Shown here piece after piece: positions 9,309 to 16,525 of a stretch of 31,128 nt of DNA (within the stretch, counting starts at the first letter, position 1; each line of letters starts with the position of its first letter). The translations under genes and the position numbers were made by a program. The notes beneath the pieces are model-generated. The model was not told the origin of the DNA. It did not search any database and saw only the letters and a program-made list of their open reading frames with translations. The DNA comes from a bacterium (GTDB lineage Bacteria > Patescibacteriota > Minisyncoccia > UBA6257 > Brennerbacteraceae): contig DAIDAW010000001.1 in the NCBI GenBank assembly GCA_027310425.1, forward strand, positions 1-31,128. Reading direction: 5' to 3'.

Positions 9309-10385
9309 TTATTTGAGCGACTGCGCGATAAGTTCGAATGCTTTTGTGTTGGTCGTAATGATGAGGTATTTGCCGAGCAGTCCGTAGATGAATTGCGCCG
9401 GTTCGCCGTCTTTTGTGACCGATATCATGCGGCTGGGCGTTTGTGCAATGAGAGAATCGGAAAACGAATCCGTAGTGCGCGCGATACGCTGCGCAGGCGC
9501 GAACAAGTTTTGGAAATCCTGTTCGATGCGCGCAGTTTCCCATCCCCGGAGGAATGGGCGCAGGACCGCGTCCTGCTCCGGCCGAATCGTGAATACCGCG
9601 CCGAGAGCTTGGCGGTCGGCTTTATACCAGTATGCAAAGAAAAGATATCGCTCGTCAAGTGATCCTTGGAAGCTTGGCAGGGATTTGGGCGCAAGAATGC
9701 GCGCCAACTCCTGCGAATTCAGATATGCGTTTGCGTTTTGGATCGGAAAGGAATAGAGCGCGATGGTTCCAGTGCCCGGGAGGATCGAGGGGAATGCGGC
9801 GCGCATCTGCGCAAGGAATTCCTGAGAGCTGGTGCCGGTAAGCGCGAGCGTGAAAAGTTTGCCGCCCGGAGGCAGCGACGCGATGCTGATGCGCGGATCC
9901 TGTGCGGGTGGCGTGGGACTCGGCGCTTGCGTGGGTATGGGCGTGGGCGTTTGCCTGCTTTGCGCAAGACGCGCCTGAACCTGCGGGTATACGATCCAAT
10001 AGCCCACGCTTCCGATGACTGCGAGCGCAATAACGCCCAAAATCGCATAGAGCCATCCCGGAATTTGTTCTGTTTGTTTTTGCGCTACCTCTGCCGGCGG
10101 GCGTGCGCTTTCCTCTGCGGGGTGCGGCTGGCGCTGGATGAACTGTTCAAGCGATGGTCGCGCGCTTTCCTGTTGCGGCTGCGCACCGAGCGTCGGTGGC
10201 GCAATCGTCGGCTGCTGCGCTGCGCGCTGTGTCTGCGCAGACACAAAATCACTGAACTGTACCTGTTCTTGTTTCACTTCCTGGACGACGCCGCCTCCTT
10301 CCTTGATCATCGCAAGGTCTTTGGCCATAGTTCTGACTCTGATATTCGGGAAATAGTCCCTGATGGAAGAAGATGGTTGCGGCAT
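9309..10385 (-). CDS. Single-pass membrane hypothetical protein with Pro/Gln-rich linkers
   Basis: RVRTMAKDL N-terminal motif, low-complexity Q/P region, TM helix (WLYAILGVIALAVIGSVGYWIVY), PTP repeats. Start placed at ATG 10385, 6 nt below TATACT (10392-10397). Confidence 0.8.
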   Translation of the reverse strand: MPQPSSSIRDYFPNIRVRTMAKDLAMIKEGGGVVQEVKQEQVQFSDFVSAQTQRAAQQPTIAPPTLGAQPQQESARPSLEQFIQRQPHPAEESARPPAEVAQKQTEQIPGWLYAILGVIALAVIGSVGYWIVYPQVQARLAQSRQTPTPIPTQAPSPTPPAQDPRISIASLPPGGKLFTLALTGTSSQEFLAQMRAAFPSILPGTGTIALYSFPIQNANAYLNSQELARILAPKSLPSFQGSLDERYLFFAYWYKADRQALGAVFTIRPEQDAVLRPFLRGWETARIEQDFQNLFAPAQRIARTTDSFSDSLIAQTPSRMISVTKDGEPAQFIYGLLGKYLIITTNTKAFELIAQSLK

Positions 10386-10423
10386 GGCAATAGTATAGCG
10401 CACTTGCGCGCTGCGCAGGCGGA

Positions 10424-12607
10424 TTATTCGCGCTGTCTGCGCGGTCCGCGACCGAAATCGGCGCGGCGTCCTCCAAAACGCGGTCTTCGCTCCGGACGCG
10501 GGCTTGATACGAGTTCCGGATTCGCGACTTGCTTGAGCGATAATCTGATTTTTCCGTCCGGTGACGCCTCGATGACTTTGACAGGGATAACTTGCCCCAT
10601 GTGTACGACGTCTTCTACTTTTTCCACGCGCTCCGGCGCGAGTTCGGAAATGTGCACGAGCCCTTCGTGGTTTTGATCGATTTCCACTACGGCGCCGAAA
10701 TCGAGGATTTTCGTTACGGTTCCTTGCGTGATTTCTCCGACCTGGAATTCTTTAATGAGCGATTCGATGGTTGCGACCGCATCCTGCGCCGATTGCGTCG
10801 TGGGCGCGGTGATAAAAACTCTTCCGTCTTCCTGGATATCGATCGCTGCGCCTGTTTTTTCCGCAATGGCGCGGATGGTTTTCCCGCCGCTCCCGATGAC
10901 CTCGCCGATTTTTTCTTTGGGAACCTGTATCGTGAGCACGCGCGGCGCGTATTCTGACAGTTGTGCGCGCGGCGCCGCAATGAGCTGCTCCATTTTGTCC
11001 AGGATCGCCATGCGCGCGGTTTTCGCGCGCGCGAGCGCTTCGCGCACGATATCGACCGTAATGCCTTCAACCTTCACGTCCATTTGCATTGCTGTGATGC
11101 CGTCGCGCGTTCCTGCCACCTTGAAATCCATGTCGCCGTGGAAATCTTCGGGTCCCTGGATATCGGTCAGGAGTTTATATTCGCCCTGCGCGTTGCTCAT
11201 GAGTCCGATGGAAATGCCTGCCACGTGTTTCGGAAGCGGTACGCCTGCGTCCATGAGGGCAAGCGACGTGCCGCATACCGACGCCATCGAGGTCGAGCCG
11301 TTGGACGAAAGAATTTCCGTGACGACGCGAATCGTATACGGGAATTGTTCTTTGGATGGGATGAGCGGCGCAACTGCTTTTTCTGCAAGCGCGCCATGGC
11401 CGATTTCCCTGCGCCCGGGGCCGCGGAACGATCCGGTTTCGCCCGTGGAATACGGAGGGAAATTGTACTGATGCATGAATCTGCGCTCTTCATTCACTTC
11501 CATGCCTTGCACGAAGAGAAAATCGCCCGGCGCGCCCAGCGTTGCGACTGAGAGTGCATGCGTTCTGCCGCGCAAAAACAATCCGGTGCCGTGCGTGCGC
11601 GGCACGACGCCGACCGCCATATCGAGCGGCCTGATTTCGTCGAGTTTTCTGCCGTCGGCGCGTTTTTCGTATTTGATCGCGTATTCGTGCACGAGTTCAT
11701 CCAAGAGTGTGTATACGCGTTCTTCTGCTGCCTGTCGCTGTTCTTCTTTCCCCTGCTGTTTCAGGAATTCGGCAAGCAGTTCGGTTGCTTTTTGCGAATG
11801 CACGTCTCCCTCCGGAAAACGTTCCTTAAACAGAATCTGCTCGAAGTGTTCGCGGATCGTCGTAGTGATGAAGCGTTCGATTTCCTGATCCAGTCCTGCG
11901 GGCGCAGGCGCGATTTTTTCCGGCTGCCCGAATTCTTTAAGAATCTGTTCCTGCCATGCGATGAGTTCTTTGGCTTCTTCGTGCGCACGCGCGTGCATAT
12001 CGGCAACGGCATCCTCGGGCAATTCTTTGGCGCCGAGTTCGATCATATTAATTTTGTTTTTCGTTCCTCCTACAAAAAGCTCTCCCGTCGCCTGCTGGCG
12101 CGCTTCATAGGAAGCAAGCACGATGTTTTCATTATTGATACGCGATACGCGCATGCCGGCAACCGGACCTTTGAACGGTACGGGTGAAAGCATGGAAACA
12201 AGCGAAGCTCCAAGCAGTCCCAGGAAATCAGGATCGTTTTTCTGGTCGATCGAGAGAATGGTCACTACGATTTGCACGTCCCTGCGGATGCGCTTGTCGA
12301 AGAGCGGACGAATGGTGCGGTCGATGAGTCGTCCGGTGAGCACCGCGTTTTCCGTGGGCCGCGTTTCGCGGCGCACGAAGCGCGATCCGTAGATTTTTCC
12401 CGCTGCGTAATATTTTTCTTCGTATTCGACCGTAAGCGGGAAAAAATCAATGCCTTGCCGATCCTGTTTGCCTGCCACCAGTGTGACAAGCGCCATCGTA
12501 TCGCCGTACCGGACCAGGCACGACGCATCCGCTTGCTGGGCAAGCGGGGAAAACGTGACCGAGAGCTGCTGCCCATGGAAATCACGCGAAAAAACTTTTT
12601 GTTCCAT
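10424..12607 (-). CDS. pnp: Polyribonucleotide nucleotidyltransferase (PNPase)
   Basis: DFFPLTVEY, RLIDRTIRP, YNFPPYSTGE, RREIGHG, SSNGSTSMASVC, GDMDFKVAG; C-terminal KH and S1 domains. Confidence 0.98.
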   Translation of the reverse strand: MEQKVFSRDFHGQQLSVTFSPLAQQADASCLVRYGDTMALVTLVAGKQDRQGIDFFPLTVEYEEKYYAAGKIYGSRFVRRETRPTENAVLTGRLIDRTIRPLFDKRIRRDVQIVVTILSIDQKNDPDFLGLLGASLVSMLSPVPFKGPVAGMRVSRINNENIVLASYEARQQATGELFVGGTKNKINMIELGAKELPEDAVADMHARAHEEAKELIAWQEQILKEFGQPEKIAPAPAGLDQEIERFITTTIREHFEQILFKERFPEGDVHSQKATELLAEFLKQQGKEEQRQAAEERVYTLLDELVHEYAIKYEKRADGRKLDEIRPLDMAVGVVPRTHGTGLFLRGRTHALSVATLGAPGDFLFVQGMEVNEERRFMHQYNFPPYSTGETGSFRGPGRREIGHGALAEKAVAPLIPSKEQFPYTIRVVTEILSSNGSTSMASVCGTSLALMDAGVPLPKHVAGISIGLMSNAQGEYKLLTDIQGPEDFHGDMDFKVAGTRDGITAMQMDVKVEGITVDIVREALARAKTARMAILDKMEQLIAAPRAQLSEYAPRVLTIQVPKEKIGEVIGSGGKTIRAIAEKTGAAIDIQEDGRVFITAPTTQSAQDAVATIESLIKEFQVGEITQGTVTKILDFGAVVEIDQNHEGLVHISELAPERVEKVEDVVHMGQVIPVKVIEASPDGKIRLSLKQVANPELVSSPRPERRPRFGGRRADFGRGPRRQRE

Positions 12608-12631
12608 AGCTGTTGTGTGTCGCGAGCGTTA

Positions 12632-13159
12632 TTATTTTTTGATCAGGAAGAAACGTGGGCGTTCCGCGATGTCCACGAACATATCCGCAGTTTCTTTTAA
12701 TTTGCCGGATGCGCTTTTGCTGAACGCGTATACTTCGACTTGCTTGCCGTGCGCCTGGAGGTATTCGACGAGCGGGATAAAATCGCCGTCGCCGGTCATG
12801 AGCACAATTGTGTCGACGCTCGGTGAGAGCCGGATCGCGTCCACCGCGAGACCGACGTCCCAATCGGCTTTTTTCGATCCGCCTGCGTAGATGAGCAGGT
12901 CTTTCATGCGCAGCTCAATGCCGAGTCCGGTCAGCGCTTCGAAGAATGCGGATTCCCCGACCGCGGGCCGTTCGGTCTCGATCCCTTCTGATTTCACCAC
13001 GTAGGCGAACATGCGCACGAGTTCTCTCCCTGCGAGCGCGTCCTTGACGAGGTTTTCAAAATTCACCCGCGCCTTGAATAAATGCTTGGCCGAGTGATAG
13101 AGGTTTTGCACGTCGATGAAAATCGCTACGCGCTGAGCTTTATGCCGTGGACTTGCCAT
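12632..13159 (-). CDS. NYN-domain (LabA/DUF88, PIN-like) putative ribonuclease
   Basis: AIFIDVQNL, K-K-A-D-W-D-V-G-L-A-V-D, LMTGDGDFIPLV, GKQVEV; the acidic catalytic set looks intact. Confidence 0.92.
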   Translation of the reverse strand: MASPRHKAQRVAIFIDVQNLYHSAKHLFKARVNFENLVKDALAGRELVRMFAYVVKSEGIETERPAVGESAFFEALTGLGIELRMKDLLIYAGGSKKADWDVGLAVDAIRLSPSVDTIVLMTGDGDFIPLVEYLQAHGKQVEVYAFSKSASGKLKETADMFVDIAERPRFFLIKK

Positions 13160-13165
13160 ATGGGA

Positions 13166-13432
13166 TTATCGTGTTTCGCCGACGAGTTTCGCAACCCGGG
13201 AAAAACGGCGCGGATCGTTGGTCTTGAGCCAGTTCATGAGCCGTTTGCGTTTGATAATCATCTGCAGCAAGCCTCGTCTGCTCGACGCATCTTTTTTGTG
13301 CATTTTCAAATGCGCCGAGAGTTCCTCGATGCGCTTGTTCAGGAGCGAAATTTGCACTTCGGCGGATCCGGTATCGGTCGCATGCCGCTGCACTTTTTTC
13401 ACCAGTTTTGTTTTTGCGGTTTTCGTAAGCAC
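13166..13432 (-). CDS. rpsO: 30S ribosomal protein S15
   Basis: DTGSAEVQISLL, HLKMHKKDASSRRGLL; GTG start. Confidence 0.97.
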   Translation of the reverse strand: MLTKTAKTKLVKKVQRHATDTGSAEVQISLLNKRIEELSAHLKMHKKDASSRRGLLQMIIKRKRLMNWLKTNDPRRFSRVAKLVGETR

Positions 13433-13473
13433 GGTTTAAGTATATCACGGATGTGGATATTTTGAAATATCAG

Positions 13474-14715
13474 CTATCCGCTTTCCGTTTCTGCTTGCTG
13501 TTCTATTTTCTGTTCCGGCGCCGCTTCAGGAGGCGTCTGGGCATTTTCTTTATTTGCGGCGGCCTCTCCGTTTTCTGAGCGCGCGCCTTCGATTGCTTCG
13601 TCGGGCCGCGCGGATGACCTGATTTCAATGCGCCATTCGGTGAGTTTGTGCGCGAGGCGCACGTTCTGGCCATTTCTGCCGATAGCGAGCGATAGCTGGT
13701 CCGCGGGCACGAATACGCGCGCTTCGTGGTTGGGCAAGATATCAACGTCGGTGACCTTCGCCGGCGCCAGCGCATTCGGAATGAATGTTTTCGGATCGTC
13801 CGACCACAGGATGATGTCGATTTTTTCATTGCCCAGTTCTCCCATTACCGTGGTTACCCGTGTTCCTTTTTGCCCGATGCACGCGCCTTGCGGATCGACA
13901 GATTCGTTTGACGACCAGACCGCGATTTTCGTGCGCGATCCCGCTTCGCGCGCAATGGATTTGATTTCCACTGTTCCTTCCGCGATTTCCGGAACTTCCG
14001 CCTCAAAGAGTTTTGCAACGAAGCGCGGGTGCGAACGGGACAGCACCACGGATAATCCTTTGGGCGTCTGTTCGACTGCGAGCACGTAGAATTTCAGGCG
14101 TTCGCCTATGCGGTAGCGCTCCCCGGGGATAATTTCGTCGCCGAACAGGATGCCGGTTGTTTTGCCCAAATCCACGAATACGTTGCGGCCGTCCGCGCGC
14201 TGCACCGATCCGGTGATGATTTCCCCTTCTTTGGTTTTGAACGCGTCAAACATGGTTTCTTTTTCCGTTTCATGGAGTTTTTGCAGCACGGTTTGTTTTG
14301 CGGTCTGCGCCGCGATGCGGCCGAAATCAAGCTTGGTTTCGAGCGGAAATTCCAATTCTTCGCCGGGAAAAATCTCGGCATTGAATGCGCGCGCGTCGTC
14401 AATCATGATGTGCCGGTCTTCGTTGAATTTGATTTTTTTCTGCGCTTCGGAATCGTCCATGACCGGCTCTTCTTCACCCTCCTCGGTTTCTGGCTGGAGC
14501 ATGTTTTCGTCTACGACGAGCTTCACTTGCGCAAACGTGATTGCGCCGGTTTCCGGATTGAATTTCGCGCGGATGACTTCGTTTTTCGTGCGGTATTCCC
14601 TGCGGTATGCAGCGGCGAACGCAGCTTCCACGATTTCCCTGACGCGGTCCTGCGAAATGCCGCGCTCCTCGGCGATCTGGTTGATGGTTGATATAATGGT
14701 TTTGAGGTCAAACAT
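13474..14715 (-). CDS. nusA: Transcription termination/antitermination factor NusA
   Basis: FGRIAAQTAKQ, S1 domain, IAREAGSRTK, GACIG, EKIDII, SLAIGRNGQNVRLA. Start is ATG 14715; the ORF-track start (TTG at 14856) is the -35 box. Confidence 0.97.
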   Translation of the reverse strand: MFDLKTIISTINQIAEERGISQDRVREIVEAAFAAAYRREYRTKNEVIRAKFNPETGAITFAQVKLVVDENMLQPETEEGEEEPVMDDSEAQKKIKFNEDRHIMIDDARAFNAEIFPGEELEFPLETKLDFGRIAAQTAKQTVLQKLHETEKETMFDAFKTKEGEIITGSVQRADGRNVFVDLGKTTGILFGDEIIPGERYRIGERLKFYVLAVEQTPKGLSVVLSRSHPRFVAKLFEAEVPEIAEGTVEIKSIAREAGSRTKIAVWSSNESVDPQGACIGQKGTRVTTVMGELGNEKIDIILWSDDPKTFIPNALAPAKVTDVDILPNHEARVFVPADQLSLAIGRNGQNVRLAHKLTEWRIEIRSSARPDEAIEGARSENGEAAANKENAQTPPEAAPEQKIEQQAETESG

Positions 14716-14827
14716 AAAGGTAGTATGTAGTAGTTTGTATATAGTATATAGGTTTTTAGCCGTTGATAGGCATTTTCCGATTCTTTTTAAAAAGATGTCC
14801 GCTCCAAGGAGCGGCTGAACTATGTAG

Positions 14828-14856
14828 AGTATACATCGCGCAGGCTGCTCTGTCAA
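14828..14856 (-). promoter_or_regulatory. Consensus sigma70 promoter of nusA
   Basis: Minus strand TTGACA (14856-14851), 17 bp, TATACT (14833-14828). Confidence 0.85.
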
Positions 14857-14863
14857 ATGCCTG

Positions 14864-14900
14864 AAAAAAGCAGCAGCTGCATCATATTGATGCAGCTGCT
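14864..14900 (-). terminator. Intrinsic terminator of the 75-aa membrane gene
   Basis: 13-bp perfect hairpin AGCAGCTGCATCA-TAT-TGATGCAGCTGCT, with a T6 tract shortly after it on the minus strand (A6 at 14864-14869). Confidence 0.8.
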
Positions 14901-14910
14901 TGGTTATTGA

Positions 14911-15138
14911 TTACGGCAAAGATAAGAATAGGACCATGAGAATGCTTGTTCCTAAAATAACAGATCCTGTAAGGCCTATTCCGAAGACATCTTTGGCGAT
15001 TTGCCGACTCCATCCCCATTCTCGACGTTCGGTAATGAACTGAAGCGCAAGCGCGCCTACAAACATTATAAACAATGAAGCGAAGAACGGGATGATCAGT
15101 AGCATCAGAACGATGGCTGCTGAATCTCTGGTATACAT
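14911..15138 (-). CDS. Small membrane protein with two TM helices (75 aa)
   Basis: AAGGAGG Shine-Dalgarno about 5 nt upstream of the ATG, two hydrophobic segments, own terminator. Confidence 0.7.
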   Translation of the reverse strand: MYTRDSAAIVLMLLIIPFFASLFIMFVGALALQFITERREWGWSRQIAKDVFGIGLTGSVILGTSILMVLFLSLP

Positions 15139-15262
15139 ACCTGCCTCCTTCGGCGATTTGATTGCTCTATGAAATCAAAAAACGCGTTACGCGTCAAGCG
15201 CTGGACTGATGCGTGAAAATCCTGTATGCTGGCTACCACATCTTATACAGGAGGCGCCATCT

Positions 15263-15532
15263 ATGAAAAAAATGGCAATCAGTGCGTTGGTTCTGCGCGG
15301 CGAGTCATGCGTCGAGGAAGGTGACATTGCATTGCTCGTACTCATGAGTCTTGACGGTGAACGTCCGGTTGTGCACGTGAGTGAATCCGTTATTGGATTC
15401 GAATCTGTGAAAGCACTCTTCGAGGGGAAGGATCCTGATGACAAAATTCAGATAACGCTTGAGGCGGAATATCCCGAAGATCCCGCGGATTGTTGTTCCA
15501 GCAGCATCAAGCCAATCGCACTATTCATCTGA
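15263..15532 (+). CDS. Small acidic hypothetical protein (89 aa)
   Basis: AGGAGG at 15249-15254, ATG at 15263, terminator directly after the stop. Confidence 0.65.
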   Translation: MKKMAISALVLRGESCVEEGDIALLVLMSLDGERPVVHVSESVIGFESVKALFEGKDPDDKIQITLEAEYPEDPADCCSSSIKPIALFI

Positions 15533-15534
15533 CA

Positions 15535-15558
15535 GAAAACCGCCGTATGGCGGTTTTC
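15535..15558 (+). terminator. Intrinsic terminator
   Basis: GAAAACCGCC-GTAT-GGCGGTTTTC followed by ACTTTTT. Confidence 0.8.
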
Positions 15559-15582
15559 ACTTTTTCCTACATATGCGATGCC

Positions 15583-15611
15583 TTGTAATTATATAGATTA
15601 TATGGTATAAT
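15583..15611 (+). promoter_or_regulatory. Promoter of candidate ncRNA-1
   Basis: TTGTAA (15583-15588), 17 bp, TG-G-TATAAT (-10 at 15606-15611). Confidence 0.7.
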
Positions 15612-15617
15612 ATAACT

Positions 15618-15739
15618 ATACGGTGAGGAGGCAAGGAGAAAACGGCGGCTATGAGCCGCGGACGCCATTGGGCGCAATAAAAATCCTCCCCTCCTCACCA
15701 TTCTAAATATAGAGGCGTTGCCATAAGCGGCGCCTTTTT
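15618..15739 (+). ncRNA. Candidate structured small RNA-1 (~120 nt), unknown class
   Basis: Ends pair: GGTGAGGAGG (15622-15631) with CCTCCTCACC (15690-15699), extended by GGAG/CTCC after a CAA bulge. A-rich internal loop, two apical hairpins, own promoter and terminator. Confidence 0.6.
15713..15739 (+). terminator. Terminator of ncRNA-1
   Basis: AGGCGTTGC-CATAA-GCGGCGCCT-TTTT; two G-U pairs favour the plus strand. Confidence 0.7.
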
Positions 15740-15750
15740 ATTGCACTCAC

Positions 15751-15778
15751 TTGACTTTTCTAGAATTAGTGCTATAAT
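15751..15778 (+). promoter_or_regulatory. Promoter of candidate ncRNA-2
   Basis: TTGACT (15751-15756), 16 bp, TG-C-TATAAT (-10 at 15773-15778). Confidence 0.8.
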
Positions 15779-15783
15779 ATACC

Positions 15784-16172
15784 TATCGTTCTTTCGATAG
15801 TCGGAAGGTTCTGAACAGATTATGTACGTAGTTTGTTCGGAGCCCTCCGGCACACCTTTTTTCCGGAGAGCAAATTCCGCTTCCCGGTGAAGACCGGGAA
15901 CTTATTGATAACGGGCCAGCGCATTTTCCATTCGCACAATCAGGTGCGCGCGCTGAATCTCCTAAGGCGTTTTCTGTGATTCGGTCGCTCCGAACACGAA
16001 ACTCTTCGCCTTTCCGTTATCGATCAATTTTTCGCGCGAATTCCGGAAATCCGCGCAAGGGAAAGTTGGGAGAACTTTCCAAGACCTGTGCCGCCAAGCC
16101 TTATGGCGCGGCGGCACAGGGGCAATCTGTTCTTTATACTATATATCGCCCAGCAATTGCTGGGCGTTTTTT
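15784..16172 (+). ncRNA. Candidate large structured RNA-2 (~390 nt), unknown class
   Basis: 23-bp 5' hairpin (15800-15851, one mismatch, five G-U pairs); TTCCCGGT-GAAG-ACCGGGAA hairpin; 11-bp long-range helix 15904-15914/16014-16024; hairpins at ~16062-16082 and 16085-16120; strong promoter and terminator; no credible ORF. Confidence 0.65.
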
Positions 16173-16491
16173 ATTTGCCAAACCGTGACAATCAATGGTA
16201 TATTTACCTTGGCAACAGGTTGCGCAAGCGCATGGTGCTCCTGGCAGCTTCCTTCGCTGCCAACTCCTTTCGTCTACTTGCTCAATGTTCTGCGTTTGCG
16301 CGAGCCGAGCTTTGCCTGTTGCCAGTTCTTTTTCGTCCGATTGGACGCTTATATTAAAAGGCGCGAGCTGATGCCCGCGCCTTTTCCCGTTTTTATAAAA
16401 AGGGGCCGCCATTGCGCGGCCCCATACGATTCTGTGCAAAGAACTGGTGTTCTGCGCCAGAGTGAGCTGAGGCACCCTGGCGCAGAACACC
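16140..16491 (-). ncRNA. Candidate large structured RNA-3 (~350 nt), unknown class
   Basis: 19-bp 5' hairpin (16446-16491); 10-bp long-range helices 16438-16447/16322-16331 and 16315-16324/16210-16219 enclosing several GC-rich hairpins; G-U pairs and A-rich loops favour the minus strand. Confidence 0.6.
16147..16172. terminator. Hairpin terminator shared by converging ncRNA-2 and ncRNA-3
   Basis: CGCCCAGC-AATT-GCTGGGCG followed by T6 on the plus strand; only an AT-rich tail on the minus strand, so weaker in that direction. Confidence 0.7.
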
Positions 16492-16494
16492 GGC

Positions 16495-16522
16495 ATCGTA
16501 GCACGGCAAGGATTTTTTGCAA
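16495..16522 (-). promoter_or_regulatory. Promoter of candidate ncRNA-3
   Basis: Minus strand TTGCAA (16522-16517), 16 bp, TG-C-TACGAT (-10 at 16500-16495). Confidence 0.55.
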
Positions 16523-16525
16523 TCG

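Noticed and set aside
1417-12187. Long opposite-strand ORFs (e.g. 1417-2265, 3338-4210, 9666-10676, 10728-11471)
   Set aside because: Antisense shadows of well-supported genes in GC-rich coding DNA, with Arg/Cys-rich non-protein-like composition.
14716-14856. 47-aa N-terminal extension of NusA in the ORF track
   Set aside because: Its TTG is the -35 hexamer of a consensus promoter; the NusA-like sequence starts at ATG 14715.
15622-15700. RNA-1 as a tRNA (7-bp acceptor-like stem, CTATGAG loop)
   Set aside because: No D-loop GG, no TTC T-arm, and wrong arm spacing.
16238-16262. GGCAGCGAAGGAAGCTGCC (minus strand) as SRP RNA helix 8
   Set aside because: It is a simple hairpin, without the symmetric internal loop (CAGG/AGCA) and GNRA cap of SRP.
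15784-16491. RNA-2 or RNA-3 as RNase P RNA or tmRNA
   Set aside because: No GAGGAAAGUCC with a matching 3' GGCUUA in the right order, only weak look-alikes (GAGCAAATTCC, GGGAAAGTTGG). No GGGG 5' end, T-arm/CCA end or tag ORF ending in Ala-Ala. A covariance search is still needed to exclude very divergent forms.
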